Origin: a virus
DNA: 64,000 nt
IMG/VR virus record: IMGVR_UViG_3300042562_001017
Location: 17,086 to 81,085 of that record
Strand: one strand, 5' to 3'
Position 1 is the first letter of the stretch. The number at the start of each line of letters is the position of its first letter. Shown in pieces: positions 18,759-28,053 of the stretch. The position numbers were made by a program, and so were the translations under genes. The notes beneath the pieces were generated by a model. That model ran no database searches. It was not told the DNA's origin and saw only the letters and a list, made by a program, of their open reading frames with translations.

Positions 18759-19178
18759 ATGACAAGAAATACATTAGGTGGTTCTCTTCTTCAAAATGAA
18801 GATAGAATAGTTATAGAAAGAAAAGGTGTTCCTTCTGAAGTTTCATTAAGAAATTTTAGAAAATATACTAATGGAACTGAACCTTTAATAGTTTCAGGTA
18901 GTACTTTAGAATTAGATTTTGCTAATGCTTTACTATTTGATATAACTTTAACAGCAGCTGCAACATTTACTTTTGTTAATGCTACACCAGGTGTTTACGT
19001 TATGAAGTTAACTCAAGGTGGTTCAGGTAGTAATACTGTAACGTTTCCTTCTAACGTAAAATGGTCTGGAGCAACTCCTCCAACACTTACTACAACAGTA
19101 GGAGCTTGGGATTATATAACTTTTGTATTTGATGGAACTTATTTCTCAGCAACTTCAATTCTTAATTTTGTAGTATAA
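18759..19178 (+). CDS. fibre/spike-associated small beta protein
   Basis: LTQGGSGSNTVTFPSNVKWSGATPPTLTTT, a common phage fibre C-terminal module. Confidence 0.65.
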   Translation: MTRNTLGGSLLQNEDRIVIERKGVPSEVSLRNFRKYTNGTEPLIVSGSTLELDFANALLFDITLTAAATFTFVNATPGVYVMKLTQGGSGSNTVTFPSNVKWSGATPPTLTTTVGAWDYITFVFDGTYFSATSILNFVV

Positions 19179-20635
19179 TGTATCCATTTAGTTTTTTAGG
19201 AGGCGCAGCAATAGACGCACAAGCACAAGCGCACTACGATAGAGTAATAGCTGATGGCGGTTTAGTTCCTAGCGGATTAAGTGGCGTTAATGCCTTTTTT
19301 ACTACTGTTAAAACCATTTATGCAACCTCAGATATAACAACGGCTATTAGTGTTGGTTTAGATGCGCAGGTGCTAGGCTATAAACTTGGAGCGGGTGCGG
19401 GTACTACTTTAGGGCAAGCAGCGCAAAAACTTTATTCATGCAGCGGGGCAAGTGGTGACGTGGAGCAAACAACCGCAGCAAGTCAGCCGCTTTTATTGGT
19501 TTATGAGGGGGTGAATTATTGGTGGAGTAGTGGGGTAAGTGGAAACTATTGTTCAACACCTAATTCAGCGGCTAATCAAATTACGGGGGATATTGAGATT
19601 ATTGTTAAATTAAATATTTTTGACATTTCTGCTTCAAAAAATATTCTCGGAAAATTCCCTGCTTCGGCGGGCAATTTTCAGTATGAATTTGCACTTGTTG
19701 GTAATAAGTTTTCTTTCTTCTTCTCACAGAATGGCACAAGTTATATTGGAATAGATAGTAGTTCAATTGTGGGTATAATTTCTAATAATACCAACTATTT
19801 TATCAAATTTACTCGTGTATCATCAAGTGGAACGTATGCTTTTTATTACTCAACAGATGGAATTACTTATACACTAATAAATAATGGTACTAGCACTTCA
19901 GGTTCTATGTATAATGGTAATGCAATACTTGAAATAGGTGCAGCAGAAGGTGGGGCATCTCCATTTAATGGCAAGATTTACCGAGTAACTCTTTCAAATA
20001 CAATTGGCGGAAATCCTGTAGTCGACTTCAACCCTAGCCAATACAACGCAGCAACAAGTCAAACACAATGGACAAGTTCAACGGGAGAGATTTGGTCGGT
20101 ACAAACGGGAACTGCAACAACGGGGTATAAAGGTGTTTTGGTGGATAGGACAATAACTATGTTTGACGGAATAGAAGATTTTCTACAAAACCCTACTATT
20201 TTAAGAGGCGATATTTGTAGTCAATATTTAGTTTATAAAACTGAAAACGCAATTGGAAGCGGTATAACAATAATAGATTCAGCATCATCGGCTTGGCAAA
20301 ATGCATTTACTCCAGAATCTTCAAATATGAGATTGTATATGAATGGTTCAGCAGGAAACGTTTCAAAATCATTAAATACGCTTTTAACTATGTATACAAC
20401 TACTAATAATCAAGGTGTATCTAATAGTATTCAAAAAAATAATGATACACCAACTACTAACGCTTATACTCCTGCACTATCAGGAACGGGTTTAAGTATT
20501 GGTAAATTAGCAAATCTTGCATTTTACCAAAAAGGGAATGTTCAAACTTATATTTCTGCTATTGGAGTTAATACAACAACTATAAGAACAGATATGTATA
20601 ATTATATCAGGTCAATAAACAACTCAGCATTTTAA
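19178..20635 (+). CDS. receptor-binding/fibre protein with LamG/ConA-like domain
   Basis: Beta-rich; LEIGAAEGGASPFNGKIY LamG-type ending; shifted codon use. Confidence 0.65.
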   Translation: MYPFSFLGGAAIDAQAQAHYDRVIADGGLVPSGLSGVNAFFTTVKTIYATSDITTAISVGLDAQVLGYKLGAGAGTTLGQAAQKLYSCSGASGDVEQTTAASQPLLLVYEGVNYWWSSGVSGNYCSTPNSAANQITGDIEIIVKLNIFDISASKNILGKFPASAGNFQYEFALVGNKFSFFFSQNGTSYIGIDSSSIVGIISNNTNYFIKFTRVSSSGTYAFYYSTDGITYTLINNGTSTSGSMYNGNAILEIGAAEGGASPFNGKIYRVTLSNTIGGNPVVDFNPSQYNAATSQTQWTSSTGEIWSVQTGTATTGYKGVLVDRTITMFDGIEDFLQNPTILRGDICSQYLVYKTENAIGSGITIIDSASSAWQNAFTPESSNMRLYMNGSAGNVSKSLNTLLTMYTTTNNQGVSNSIQKNNDTPTTNAYTPALSGTGLSIGKLANLAFYQKGNVQTYISAIGVNTTTIRTDMYNYIRSINNSAF

Positions 20636-20637
20636 TT

Positions 20638-20892
20638 ATGATAGAACCAACACAAATTTACCCTTGCTTTTATGCTTGCAAAAATGAAAGCGAGTTTGAA
20701 TCTTTAGATACACAAGCCTGCGAATTGTTAGACTTTCCTAATGCGGGGGCGAGCGATTATTGTAACCCAATTATTGATGTTAACGGGGTTTATTATTTTA
20801 TTGTTAACCCTGAGGTTAGCAGTTTAGTTAATTTGGAATTGTGCGTTCCTTATGAAAGCATAGTTTTACCAGAAGTAGCGCCAATAGGATAG
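20638..20892 (+). CDS. small fibre-associated protein
   Basis: 84-aa acidic ORF coupled to the fibre gene. Confidence 0.6.
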   Translation: MIEPTQIYPCFYACKNESEFESLDTQACELLDFPNAGASDYCNPIIDVNGVYYFIVNPEVSSLVNLELCVPYESIVLPEVAPIG

Positions 20893-20926
20893 TTTTGCAT
20901 AATTATAAAATAAAATAAATAAAATA

Positions 20927-21721
20927 ATGGCTTTAAGTACTAAAATAAATTTATCAGTTTCTACTGATTGGAAATCAATTATAATAACTGATTCTACTGG
21001 ATATGGTATTACTGGATATGGTTCTAATCAAGACCCTGTTGGTTTAAGAGAAGCTAGTGGTTCAGGAACAGATATTATTTCTACAAGAATAATTCTTACT
21101 TCACCTAGTGATACTATTTATACTTTTGATTTAAATGCTAGTCAAGCTTATACTGCAACAATATCTCCTTATACTATAACTAATGTAGCTTTAGGTTTAA
21201 ATGTTGATGAAATAATTGAAGAAGGTATTTGGAAAGTAAGTTATACTCCTTACTTTGCTAATAGTCAAAGTATAAATGTTACAAATAATTCAACAACTGT
21301 AACATATGGTGCTTCACCTCAATCTTTTACTAATATAGCTAAATTAAAAACAAATGTATCAGGAACTGCTGTGTATTATGATGTTACAGCTATTAATTCT
21401 TCAACAAATAATTTTACTTTAGCTACACCTTATGCTGCTACAACTACAGTAGGTTATACTAATTATAATGTAGGTTACGAAGCTATTGAACTTATACCTA
21501 TTTCTAAAACTATTAAAGATTGTTTAGATTCTAGAGTTGCAGCACTTCCTCAATCAAATTGTCCTTGTAAAGACAAACAAGTAAATACTCTTATGAATAA
21601 TTATTTGCTTTATGATGCTATGTTTATAAACGCTATGTTTAATAATGAACCTAAAGCAATTCAACTTTACGATATACTTTCTAATTATTGTTCAGACTCT
21701 GATTGTAAATGTAATGGATAA
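20927..21721 (+). CDS. structural protein (tail hub-like)
   Basis: IIITDSTGYG start, Cys-rich C-terminus (CPC, CSDSDCKC); TAGTTTTG box at 20890-20897. Confidence 0.55.
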   Translation: MALSTKINLSVSTDWKSIIITDSTGYGITGYGSNQDPVGLREASGSGTDIISTRIILTSPSDTIYTFDLNASQAYTATISPYTITNVALGLNVDEIIEEGIWKVSYTPYFANSQSINVTNNSTTVTYGASPQSFTNIAKLKTNVSGTAVYYDVTAINSSTNNFTLATPYAATTTVGYTNYNVGYEAIELIPISKTIKDCLDSRVAALPQSNCPCKDKQVNTLMNNYLLYDAMFINAMFNNEPKAIQLYDILSNYCSDSDCKCNG

Positions 21722-21959
21722 AACTCAAAATCTTTCTGCAATTAACAATATAAATTTGTCTATTCAGAAAATAAGCAATAACTTTGTAAATAAGTTAAGT
21801 TTTGGTATAATATCTAGACAATGTTTAGATGAAGCCAAACTTCTGTACTTGTACAGTCGAATTCTTGAAGATAGAAATTTTATTAATGACTATCTTACTG
21901 AAGACGAATATAACGCTATATATATAGATGTTCAACGTATAACTAAAAAAACAATATGA
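21714..21959 (+). CDS. small structural protein (tail hub partner-like)
   Basis: Track ORF 21645-21959; likely start at 21714 overlapping the previous stop. Confidence 0.55.
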   Translation: MDKTQNLSAINNINLSIQKISNNFVNKLSFGIISRQCLDEAKLLYLYSRILEDRNFINDYLTEDEYNAIYIDVQRITKKTI

Positions 21960-22237
21960 GTGGATTAACTGCTGGGGAATCATTCCTCAAATCAATTTTA
22001 GACCTTTGGAGAAATAGAACTGCTAACGGAGTTATTTCTAAATCATACACTTTAACTGCTACACCAACACCTCTTGCAGATTTTAACTGTAAAGCTGTTC
22101 AACTATTGACATCTTCTACAGTTACTTTAGGTAGTGGAGATTCTATAACTTATGCAGGAGGATTACTTCCTTGCAATAATGCTAATAATATATTAGTATC
22201 AGGTTCAGGTACTTTAAATTATTTAATTTTTATTTAA
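21956..22237 (+). CDS. small structural protein
   Basis: 93 aa, ATGA-coupled. Confidence 0.6.
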   Translation: MSGLTAGESFLKSILDLWRNRTANGVISKSYTLTATPTPLADFNCKAVQLLTSSTVTLGSGDSITYAGGLLPCNNANNILVSGSGTLNYLIFI

Positions 22238-22238
22238 T

Positions 22239-23801
22239 ATGGCAATAGGTATAGATTTAGCCATTGGTTCAAGTGCAGCTAGTGGTGGTGGTGGTTCTGT
22301 TAATACTGGAGTATTACAGATATCTGGCGGTGGAGCATTATCAGGAACATTACAAACAATTACTGACCAAAGTAGTAACGCAAGTCCATTGCAGTTAAGT
22401 ACTGCTTCGGTAAGTTTTGGAGGTTCAACGGGATTAAATTGGGATAATGCTAATACTAGACTAGGTATTGGAACAAATACTCCTTTAGGCATTTTACATT
22501 TAAAAGTGTCAGCCGCAGCTACTCGATTAATATTAGATGGTGACGCAGCGCAAAGTAAAATTATTACTTATAGAACTGCTGGACTTCAGCGTTTTGGGCT
22601 ATACACTAATAATACAGCCGAAAGTGGAGCAAATGTAGGTAGCGATTTTGCTATACGTGCTTACAACGATGCAGGTACTTTGCTTTCAACTCCTATTTTT
22701 ATTAAAAGAAGTACAGGTTTTGTAGGTATAGGAACAACCTCAGTAAGTGCAATGCTTCAAGTAAGAGGAGACGGGACTAATCCAATTGCTAGGTTTGAAA
22801 GTAGTGACGGAAGTATAAATTGGAGATTTTCAGCAGGCGGTTTTGGTCTTGAAAATTCTTATCAAGCAGGTATTTATGGCGCTGCAATAAGTGGAGATTA
22901 TTCTTTTGCAGCAAGTTCTTATAATAACTTAGGGTCAACGGTAGCTTTTCAGGGAATAGCTAATATAAATGGAACTATTGCAGTACCTTCATCAGGAACA
23001 GGAACTAAACATATTTTAGCAGTTAATTACATTATTAACAACGCAGGCGCACAAACGGGAACGGCAACGGGTATATTCTTAAATGCTACTGAAACGGCAT
23101 TGAATGGAATGACGCATAATTTAATGGATTTGCAAGTTGGGGGAGTAAGTAAGTTTTTAATAAAATCAAATGCAGCAGGTTTTATAAATGATGTAAATGG
23201 TTTAATTGTTGGTAATCAAATACAAACGGGAAATTATTATGCGACGAATACTACTTATGGATATAATGTTGGTAATCAAGCCTATGTTTTATCAAATGCA
23301 GTTGGTAACATAATTTTAAAAGATGCTGGTGGTGCTCATACTAGCGGTAGTTTTAATATGTTAATTCTTGGAGCAGCAACAAACGCTTTCCCTGCATTAA
23401 AGAGAAACGGGGCGGCGATTGATTTTAGGTTGGCGGATGATAGTGGGTATGCTGATGTTAATATGGGGCAAGCTACTTTTGGGGGTTCTAATGGTTATAT
23501 AGGTATTAATAACTCTGCTTCAATAGATTCTGCTTTAAGAGCTATTAGAACAAACTCTGGAAGCAGCCCACTAAGTATAAGCACAGGTGAAGTTGGGGTT
23601 GGAGATACTACAACTTATGCTTCTGCAATATTTGCGATTGGTTCTACTACTAGAGGTTTTTTACCTCCTAGAATGACTACAACGCAAGTAAATGCAATTG
23701 CAAGTCCGGCGGAAGGTTTAGTTGTTTTTAATACAACTATTTCGCACCTTTGCGTTTATCAATCGGGCGGTTGGGTTAAAATGAATCACTCACCAATGTA
23801 A
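22239..23801 (+). CDS. tail fibre protein
   Basis: GIGT repeats; C-terminal STTRGFLPPRMTTTQ...PAEGLVVFNTT motif common in Bacteroidota phage fibres. Confidence 0.8.
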   Translation: MAIGIDLAIGSSAASGGGGSVNTGVLQISGGGALSGTLQTITDQSSNASPLQLSTASVSFGGSTGLNWDNANTRLGIGTNTPLGILHLKVSAAATRLILDGDAAQSKIITYRTAGLQRFGLYTNNTAESGANVGSDFAIRAYNDAGTLLSTPIFIKRSTGFVGIGTTSVSAMLQVRGDGTNPIARFESSDGSINWRFSAGGFGLENSYQAGIYGAAISGDYSFAASSYNNLGSTVAFQGIANINGTIAVPSSGTGTKHILAVNYIINNAGAQTGTATGIFLNATETALNGMTHNLMDLQVGGVSKFLIKSNAAGFINDVNGLIVGNQIQTGNYYATNTTYGYNVGNQAYVLSNAVGNIILKDAGGAHTSGSFNMLILGAATNAFPALKRNGAAIDFRLADDSGYADVNMGQATFGGSNGYIGINNSASIDSALRAIRTNSGSSPLSISTGEVGVGDTTTYASAIFAIGSTTRGFLPPRMTTTQVNAIASPAEGLVVFNTTISHLCVYQSGGWVKMNHSPM

Positions 23802-23823
23802 TAACAATTTAATAAATAAAAAT

Positions 23824-24111
23824 ATGATACAAGCAAACGGAATCATAAAAGATTCAAACGGGGTCACTGAATATTCAAACCCTTTAATTAATGTTTACAT
23901 GAACTCAGGTTCAAAGTTTGTGCCTACTATTGGAGTGGCGCAAGTTGGTAAAATTGTAACTCAAGGAGAAACCGAAAGTTTCAATCCAGTTGCTCAAATA
24001 GGCACTTACGAATACACTTTAGAAAACCCTAGCTTTTTAGAAGTACAACAAGCAGTCTTGACAGGTTTAGAAACAGACTATCCAGAAGTAACATTTTCAA
24101 TAATCGAATAA
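23824..24111 (+). CDS. fibre-associated small protein/chaperone
   Basis: 95-aa ORF following the fibre gene. Confidence 0.6.
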   Translation: MIQANGIIKDSNGVTEYSNPLINVYMNSGSKFVPTIGVAQVGKIVTQGETESFNPVAQIGTYEYTLENPSFLEVQQAVLTGLETDYPEVTFSIIE

Positions 24112-24143
24112 AACCAAAAAATGCTAATTAAATTATAGCTGGG

Positions 24144-24175
24144 TTTGCTTTTTAATATTTTTTTTTGTATATTTG
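24144..24175 (+). promoter_or_regulatory. Bacteroidota sigma70-type promoter for the HNH gene
   Basis: TTTG (24144-24147), 20-nt spacer, TATATTTG (24168-24175). Confidence 0.75.
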
Positions 24176-24180
24176 TTTCT

Positions 24181-24993
24181 ATGAATAATACAGATAAAAT
24201 AGGACTAAGATTTAACAGATTAGTTATTGTTGAATTAGCAGGGAAAGATAAGTTTGGCAAAACTTTGTATAAATGCCTGTGCGACTGCGGAAATTATAAT
24301 ATTACAAATATTAGTCAGCTAAGAAGTGGTAAGACTGGAAGTTGCGGATGCTATCATAGAGAAAGGATTTCAGAAAGTAAAAAGAAAGATTTGACAGGAT
24401 TTTCTAATAATAGATTAACTGTCATAAAATTATCTTCTGAAAAAAAATCTAGCAATCAAATGTGGATATGCAAATGCGAGTGCGGCAACGAAGTGATTGT
24501 GAAAGGTGCTAGCATAGCAAATGGGAATACAAAATCTTGCGGATGTTTAAGTATTGAAAAAATAATAGAAAGAAACACAACGCATGGCAAAAGCAGCACT
24601 GATGAAGCCAAGGTTTGGTATAGAATTAGAAAAAGATGCTTAAACCCAAAAGACTATAATTATAATAGATACGGTGGCAGAGGAATAAAAATATGCGATA
24701 GGTGGTTAAATAGTTTTGAAAATTTTTTATCTGATATGGGCAAAAGACCAACTTCAAAACACAGTATAGATAGGATAGATAATAATGGGGATTATGAGCC
24801 AAATAATTGCAGGTGGGCAACAAGACTTGAGCAAGCTAATAATACCTCAAAATGTGTAGAGATTATGCATAAAGAAACTGGTGTTTTTTATACATCAATT
24901 AATGCAGCTTCTAGAGCATTTAATCTGCCTAAAGGTTTTCTGGATGACCAATTAAGAAAAAGAAATAAAAATAGTAAATTTGTAAAATTATGA
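24181..24993 (+). mobile_element. free-standing HNH homing endonuclease
   Basis: Two CxCxCG...SCGC zinc repeats, [30 protein letters not shown]; ATG 24181 is the likely start (track gives 24145). Confidence 0.9.
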
Positions 24994-25163
24994 ACAACAC
25001 AACAATTAAAGTAGAATTAAGCTTAGACCAGTGTCAGCTAATTCTTTCGGGTTTAGCGGAATTACCAGCTAAACATTCTATTGATTTAATCTTAAAACTT
25101 AAAACTGAGTTTGAATCACAAATCAAAGAATCAGGTGCTGAAGAAGCAGAAGTAGTAAAATAG
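24990..25163 (+). CDS. small helical fibre-associated protein (57 aa)
   Basis: [28 protein letters not shown]...; ATGA overlap with the HNH stop; not in the track. Confidence 0.7.
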   Translation: MNNTTIKVELSLDQCQLILSGLAELPAKHSIDLILKLKTEFESQIKESGAEEAEVVK

Positions 25164-25167
25164 TAAA

Positions 25168-25914
25168 ATGAAGAACTTACCTAAAGAAGAACTTTTAAGC
25201 CGACTAGAAGCAATTAATCGCAGCAATGCTATTATTTACTTTGACTTGAACGGATTTATTCTTGGCGTCAATGCAATCTTTTTGAAGGCTATGGGCTTTC
25301 AAGAAGACGAACACGATAAGCTAATTGGCAAACATCACTCTATCTTTGTTGACTATAAGTATAGCAAATCGGAAGAATATGTAAAGTTTTGGGAGGTTCT
25401 AAGAAGCGGAAAGTTCTTCGAAGGAGAGTTTGAAAGGAAAAAGATTGATGGTAGTCCAATTTATTTGCAGGCTACTTACAACCCAATCTTTGATGAAGAC
25501 GGAAACATCACTAAAATAATGAAGATTGCAACCGATATTTCTCAGATGGTTGTAAGTAAAAAAAAGATTGATGAATTATCCGCTAATCTACAAGCAGAAT
25601 TAGAAAATTCAAACAAGCTAAAAGAAGCTATTGAGATAGAAAAGGATGCAGCTTTAAACGACCTAGACGCAAGTATTAAGAAAAGCCAAAACGAACTGAT
25701 TAAAGTGATTGTGAAAAGTGCTTTATTTGTCATTATGAGCGTAGGCTTCATTACAACTATCATGTATTCCTTTGCTATTCTTTCAAACAAAGATACTCAG
25801 ATAATCGGCTCAACTTGGAGTAATATGTTTAGTGTTTTATTGACAAACGCATTCTCAATAGTTGGAACTATTATGGGTATTAAATACGCAACCTCAGATA
25901 ATCAAACTAAATAA
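25168..25914 (+). CDS. PAS-domain, coiled-coil, two-TM membrane protein (candidate sensor holin/antiholin)
   Basis: AINRSNAIIYFDLNG...IGKHHSIFV...FWEVLRSG...GEFER...LQATYNPIFDEDGNITKIMKIATDIS is a chemoreceptor-type PAS/PAC domain; two C-terminal hydrophobic helices; 7 nt before the endolysin. Confidence 0.85.
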   Translation: MKNLPKEELLSRLEAINRSNAIIYFDLNGFILGVNAIFLKAMGFQEDEHDKLIGKHHSIFVDYKYSKSEEYVKFWEVLRSGKFFEGEFERKKIDGSPIYLQATYNPIFDEDGNITKIMKIATDISQMVVSKKKIDELSANLQAELENSNKLKEAIEIEKDAALNDLDASIKKSQNELIKVIVKSALFVIMSVGFITTIMYSFAILSNKDTQIIGSTWSNMFSVLLTNAFSIVGTIMGIKYATSDNQTK

Positions 25915-25921
25915 ATAAACT

Positions 25922-26386
25922 ATGCAATTAAGTACTAATCTTTCATTAGCCGAAGTTACAAGAAGCGAAACCGCTAAACGTAAAGGAATTAGTAATATGC
26001 CAACTCCTGAGCATATTGAGAACTTTAAGAAGTTAGCTGCAAATATATTCCAACCAATTAGAGAACACTTTGGCAAACCTATTATAATCAGTTCAGGTTA
26101 TAGAAGCGCAGAGTTAAACAAGGCTATCAGTGGAAGTTTGTCCAGCCAACATTGCTCAGGTGAAGCGATTGATATTGATATGGATGGAACGGACATTACC
26201 AACAAGCAAATCTTTGATTACATTAAAGACAACTTAAATTTTGACCAAATGATTTGGGAATTTGGAACAGATGCTAATCCTGATTGGGTTCACGTTTCTT
26301 TTGCTGCAAATAGGTCACAACGTAAACAAATATTAGTTGCTAAAAAGGTAAATGGAAAAACCACCTACACTCCTTACGTTAAATAA
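25922..26386 (+). CDS. endolysin, peptidase M15 family
   Basis: ISSGYRS, SQHCSGEAIDI and WVHVS zinc-peptidase motifs. Confidence 0.92.
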   Translation: MQLSTNLSLAEVTRSETAKRKGISNMPTPEHIENFKKLAANIFQPIREHFGKPIIISSGYRSAELNKAISGSLSSQHCSGEAIDIDMDGTDITNKQIFDYIKDNLNFDQMIWEFGTDANPDWVHVSFAANRSQRKQILVAKKVNGKTTYTPYVK

Positions 26387-26387
26387 A

Positions 26388-26663
26388 ATGGCTGAAGCTA
26401 AGTTGACTGTTATAGATAGAATGAAGATATGGGCATTCCCTGTGAGTATGTCCATTATATCTTTTTACCTTTTTGCTACATTTAAAAAATTAGATGAGGT
26501 GCATGCTGATGTTCATGCAGTAAAGATTTCTATAGAAGTGCTTAAAAAGGATATAGATTATTCTAAAGCTACTGTTAGTGACCATGAACAAAGACTTAGA
26601 GGTTTAGAAAAATCAACATCAGTAGATAATACTAGAGTAAACTATGAAGCTTATAACAATTAA
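26388..26663 (+). CDS. single-TM coiled-coil lysis-cluster protein (holin/antiholin-like)
   Basis: TM WAFPVSMSIISFYLFATF then a coiled coil ending DHEQRLRGLE; ATG 26388. Confidence 0.6.
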   Translation: MAEAKLTVIDRMKIWAFPVSMSIISFYLFATFKKLDEVHADVHAVKISIEVLKKDIDYSKATVSDHEQRLRGLEKSTSVDNTRVNYEAYNN

Positions 26664-26684
26664 AACTAATTTTATAAAAATATA

Positions 26685-27116
26685 ATGAAATACTTAATTT
26701 TACTTTTAGTAATTATCTTTTGTTCAGCTGTAATGGACACAACAAATTACATTGCAGCTTTTTTAAAAAGAAAAGGCTATCAAAAATTATTTGAATGGTT
26801 TAATAGTAATAGCTGGAAAAACAAATGGCGTTTTTCAGAGTGGCTTCAAAAAATTGGATTAAGTAAGAGGTTAGCTAAATGGCTTGCAGCAGATGTACTT
26901 GTTATATTTACTGATGGATGGCATTTTTTTAAAGCAATAATGATGGCTTTGATTCAATATATGGTTGCTGTTCTATCTATTGGTAATGTAAATAGCTTTT
27001 TGATTTTTATTAACTTTCCTATTACAAATATTAGCGTTGAAGTATTAGCCTTTATTTTGTTCTTAGTAGGAGGTCAAATATTTAATTTAATTTTTTACAG
27101 ATTTAGAAGATTATGA
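26685..27116 (+). CDS. multi-TM membrane protein
   Basis: SWKNKW and FTDGWHFFK motifs, several hydrophobic helices. Confidence 0.65.
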   Translation: MKYLILLLVIIFCSAVMDTTNYIAAFLKRKGYQKLFEWFNSNSWKNKWRFSEWLQKIGLSKRLAKWLAADVLVIFTDGWHFFKAIMMALIQYMVAVLSIGNVNSFLIFINFPITNISVEVLAFILFLVGGQIFNLIFYRFRRL

Positions 27117-27397
27117 TGCCAAACATTCAAGAGTTTAAATGGATAGAAATGTTTACTGATAGTAAAGGTAGAACAAGTCCAAGTAAAGTATTAGGATTTT
27201 TTGGAGGAGTAATTTCTTTATTAGTATTCTTTATAGCTGCTATGGATGCTATATTTTTTTCTTTAAATGAATTTAGTAATGGTACATTAACAACACTTAC
27301 TGTTCAAGCATTAGCTTTATTTACTGCTAGTGGAACATTATTAGGTATTAGACGTTTTACAAAAGATAAAGAAGTATTAGATGAAAAAAACAATTAA
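27113..27397 (+). CDS. putative two-TM holin
   Basis: DSKGRTSPSKV then two TM helices and a charged C-terminus. Confidence 0.6.
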   Translation: MMPNIQEFKWIEMFTDSKGRTSPSKVLGFFGGVISLLVFFIAAMDAIFFSLNEFSNGTLTTLTVQALALFTASGTLLGIRRFTKDKEVLDEKNN

Positions 27398-27770
27398 AAA
27401 TTTTAAGATAAAAAATATGAGTGTTGATAAAGTATTAAATTTTATATTATTGCTATTTATAGTGTTAATTGTTATTTTTAAAAATAATGAAACAAATAAA
27501 TTAGAAAAACAAATAAATGAAATGTCTTTAAAAGAAGACACTTTATTTACTAATTACAATAAGTTATTGAATAATTATGAAACTCATGATTCAGTATTAA
27601 ATTTATCTATAAATAATAGAAAACAAAATGTATATGTTACTAATAAAATAATTTACGAAAATGAAAAAAAAGATATTGTTAACCTTTCTGATTATCACAC
27701 CGATAGTTTGTTTAAGTCAAATCTCAAATGGGCTTACGCTAGATACTTCTATTTATTTAACGAAAACTGA
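27381..27770 (+). CDS. putative inner-membrane spanin-like protein
   Basis: N-terminal TM plus periplasmic coiled coil; overlaps the next gene. Confidence 0.5.
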   Translation: MKKTIKNFKIKNMSVDKVLNFILLLFIVLIVIFKNNETNKLEKQINEMSLKEDTLFTNYNKLLNNYETHDSVLNLSINNRKQNVYVTNKIIYENEKKDIVNLSDYHTDSLFKSNLKWAYARYFYLFNEN

Positions 27771-28053
27771 TAAAATTGTAGTTAATCTTATGGCTAAAGA
27801 AATTAAACAATTAGAAAAACAGTCTTTAGGTAAAGATACTATAATCAATGAATTGGTTGAAAGAATCAATTGGAAAGATGTTATGATTAATTCAAATAAG
27901 AAAACTATTGCAGACTATAATAATAAAACTTCTAAATTAGAAAAAGAAAACGTAAATTTGAAGAATTCAATTATTAAATATAAATCTAGATATAATATTG
28001 CATTAACTGTTGCAATTATAGAAGGAGTTATATTAACTTTATTATTATTATGA
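27661..28053 (+). CDS. putative spanin-like protein (signal peptide, coiled coil, C-terminal TM)
   Basis: MKKKILLTFLIITPIVCLSQ...IALTVAIIEGVILTLLLL; 110-nt overlap with the previous gene. Confidence 0.5.
   Translation: MKKKILLTFLIITPIVCLSQISNGLTLDTSIYLTKTDKIVVNLMAKEIKQLEKQSLGKDTIINELVERINWKDVMINSNKKTIADYNNKTSKLEKENVNLKNSIIKYKSRYNIALTVAIIEGVILTLLLL

Noticed and set aside
19178-23801. Diversity-generating retroelement acting on tail fibres
   Set aside because: No reverse transcriptase and no template/variable repeat pair seen in the window.
24112-24993. Group I intron around the HNH gene
   Set aside because: The flanking ORFs appear complete, the HNH has its own promoter, and I could not identify intron core elements.
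25168-25914. PAS gene as host contamination or a broken chemoreceptor pseudogene
   Set aside because: It is tightly packed between phage genes (4 and 7 nt gaps), intact, and ends in TM helices rather than a truncated MCP signalling domain.
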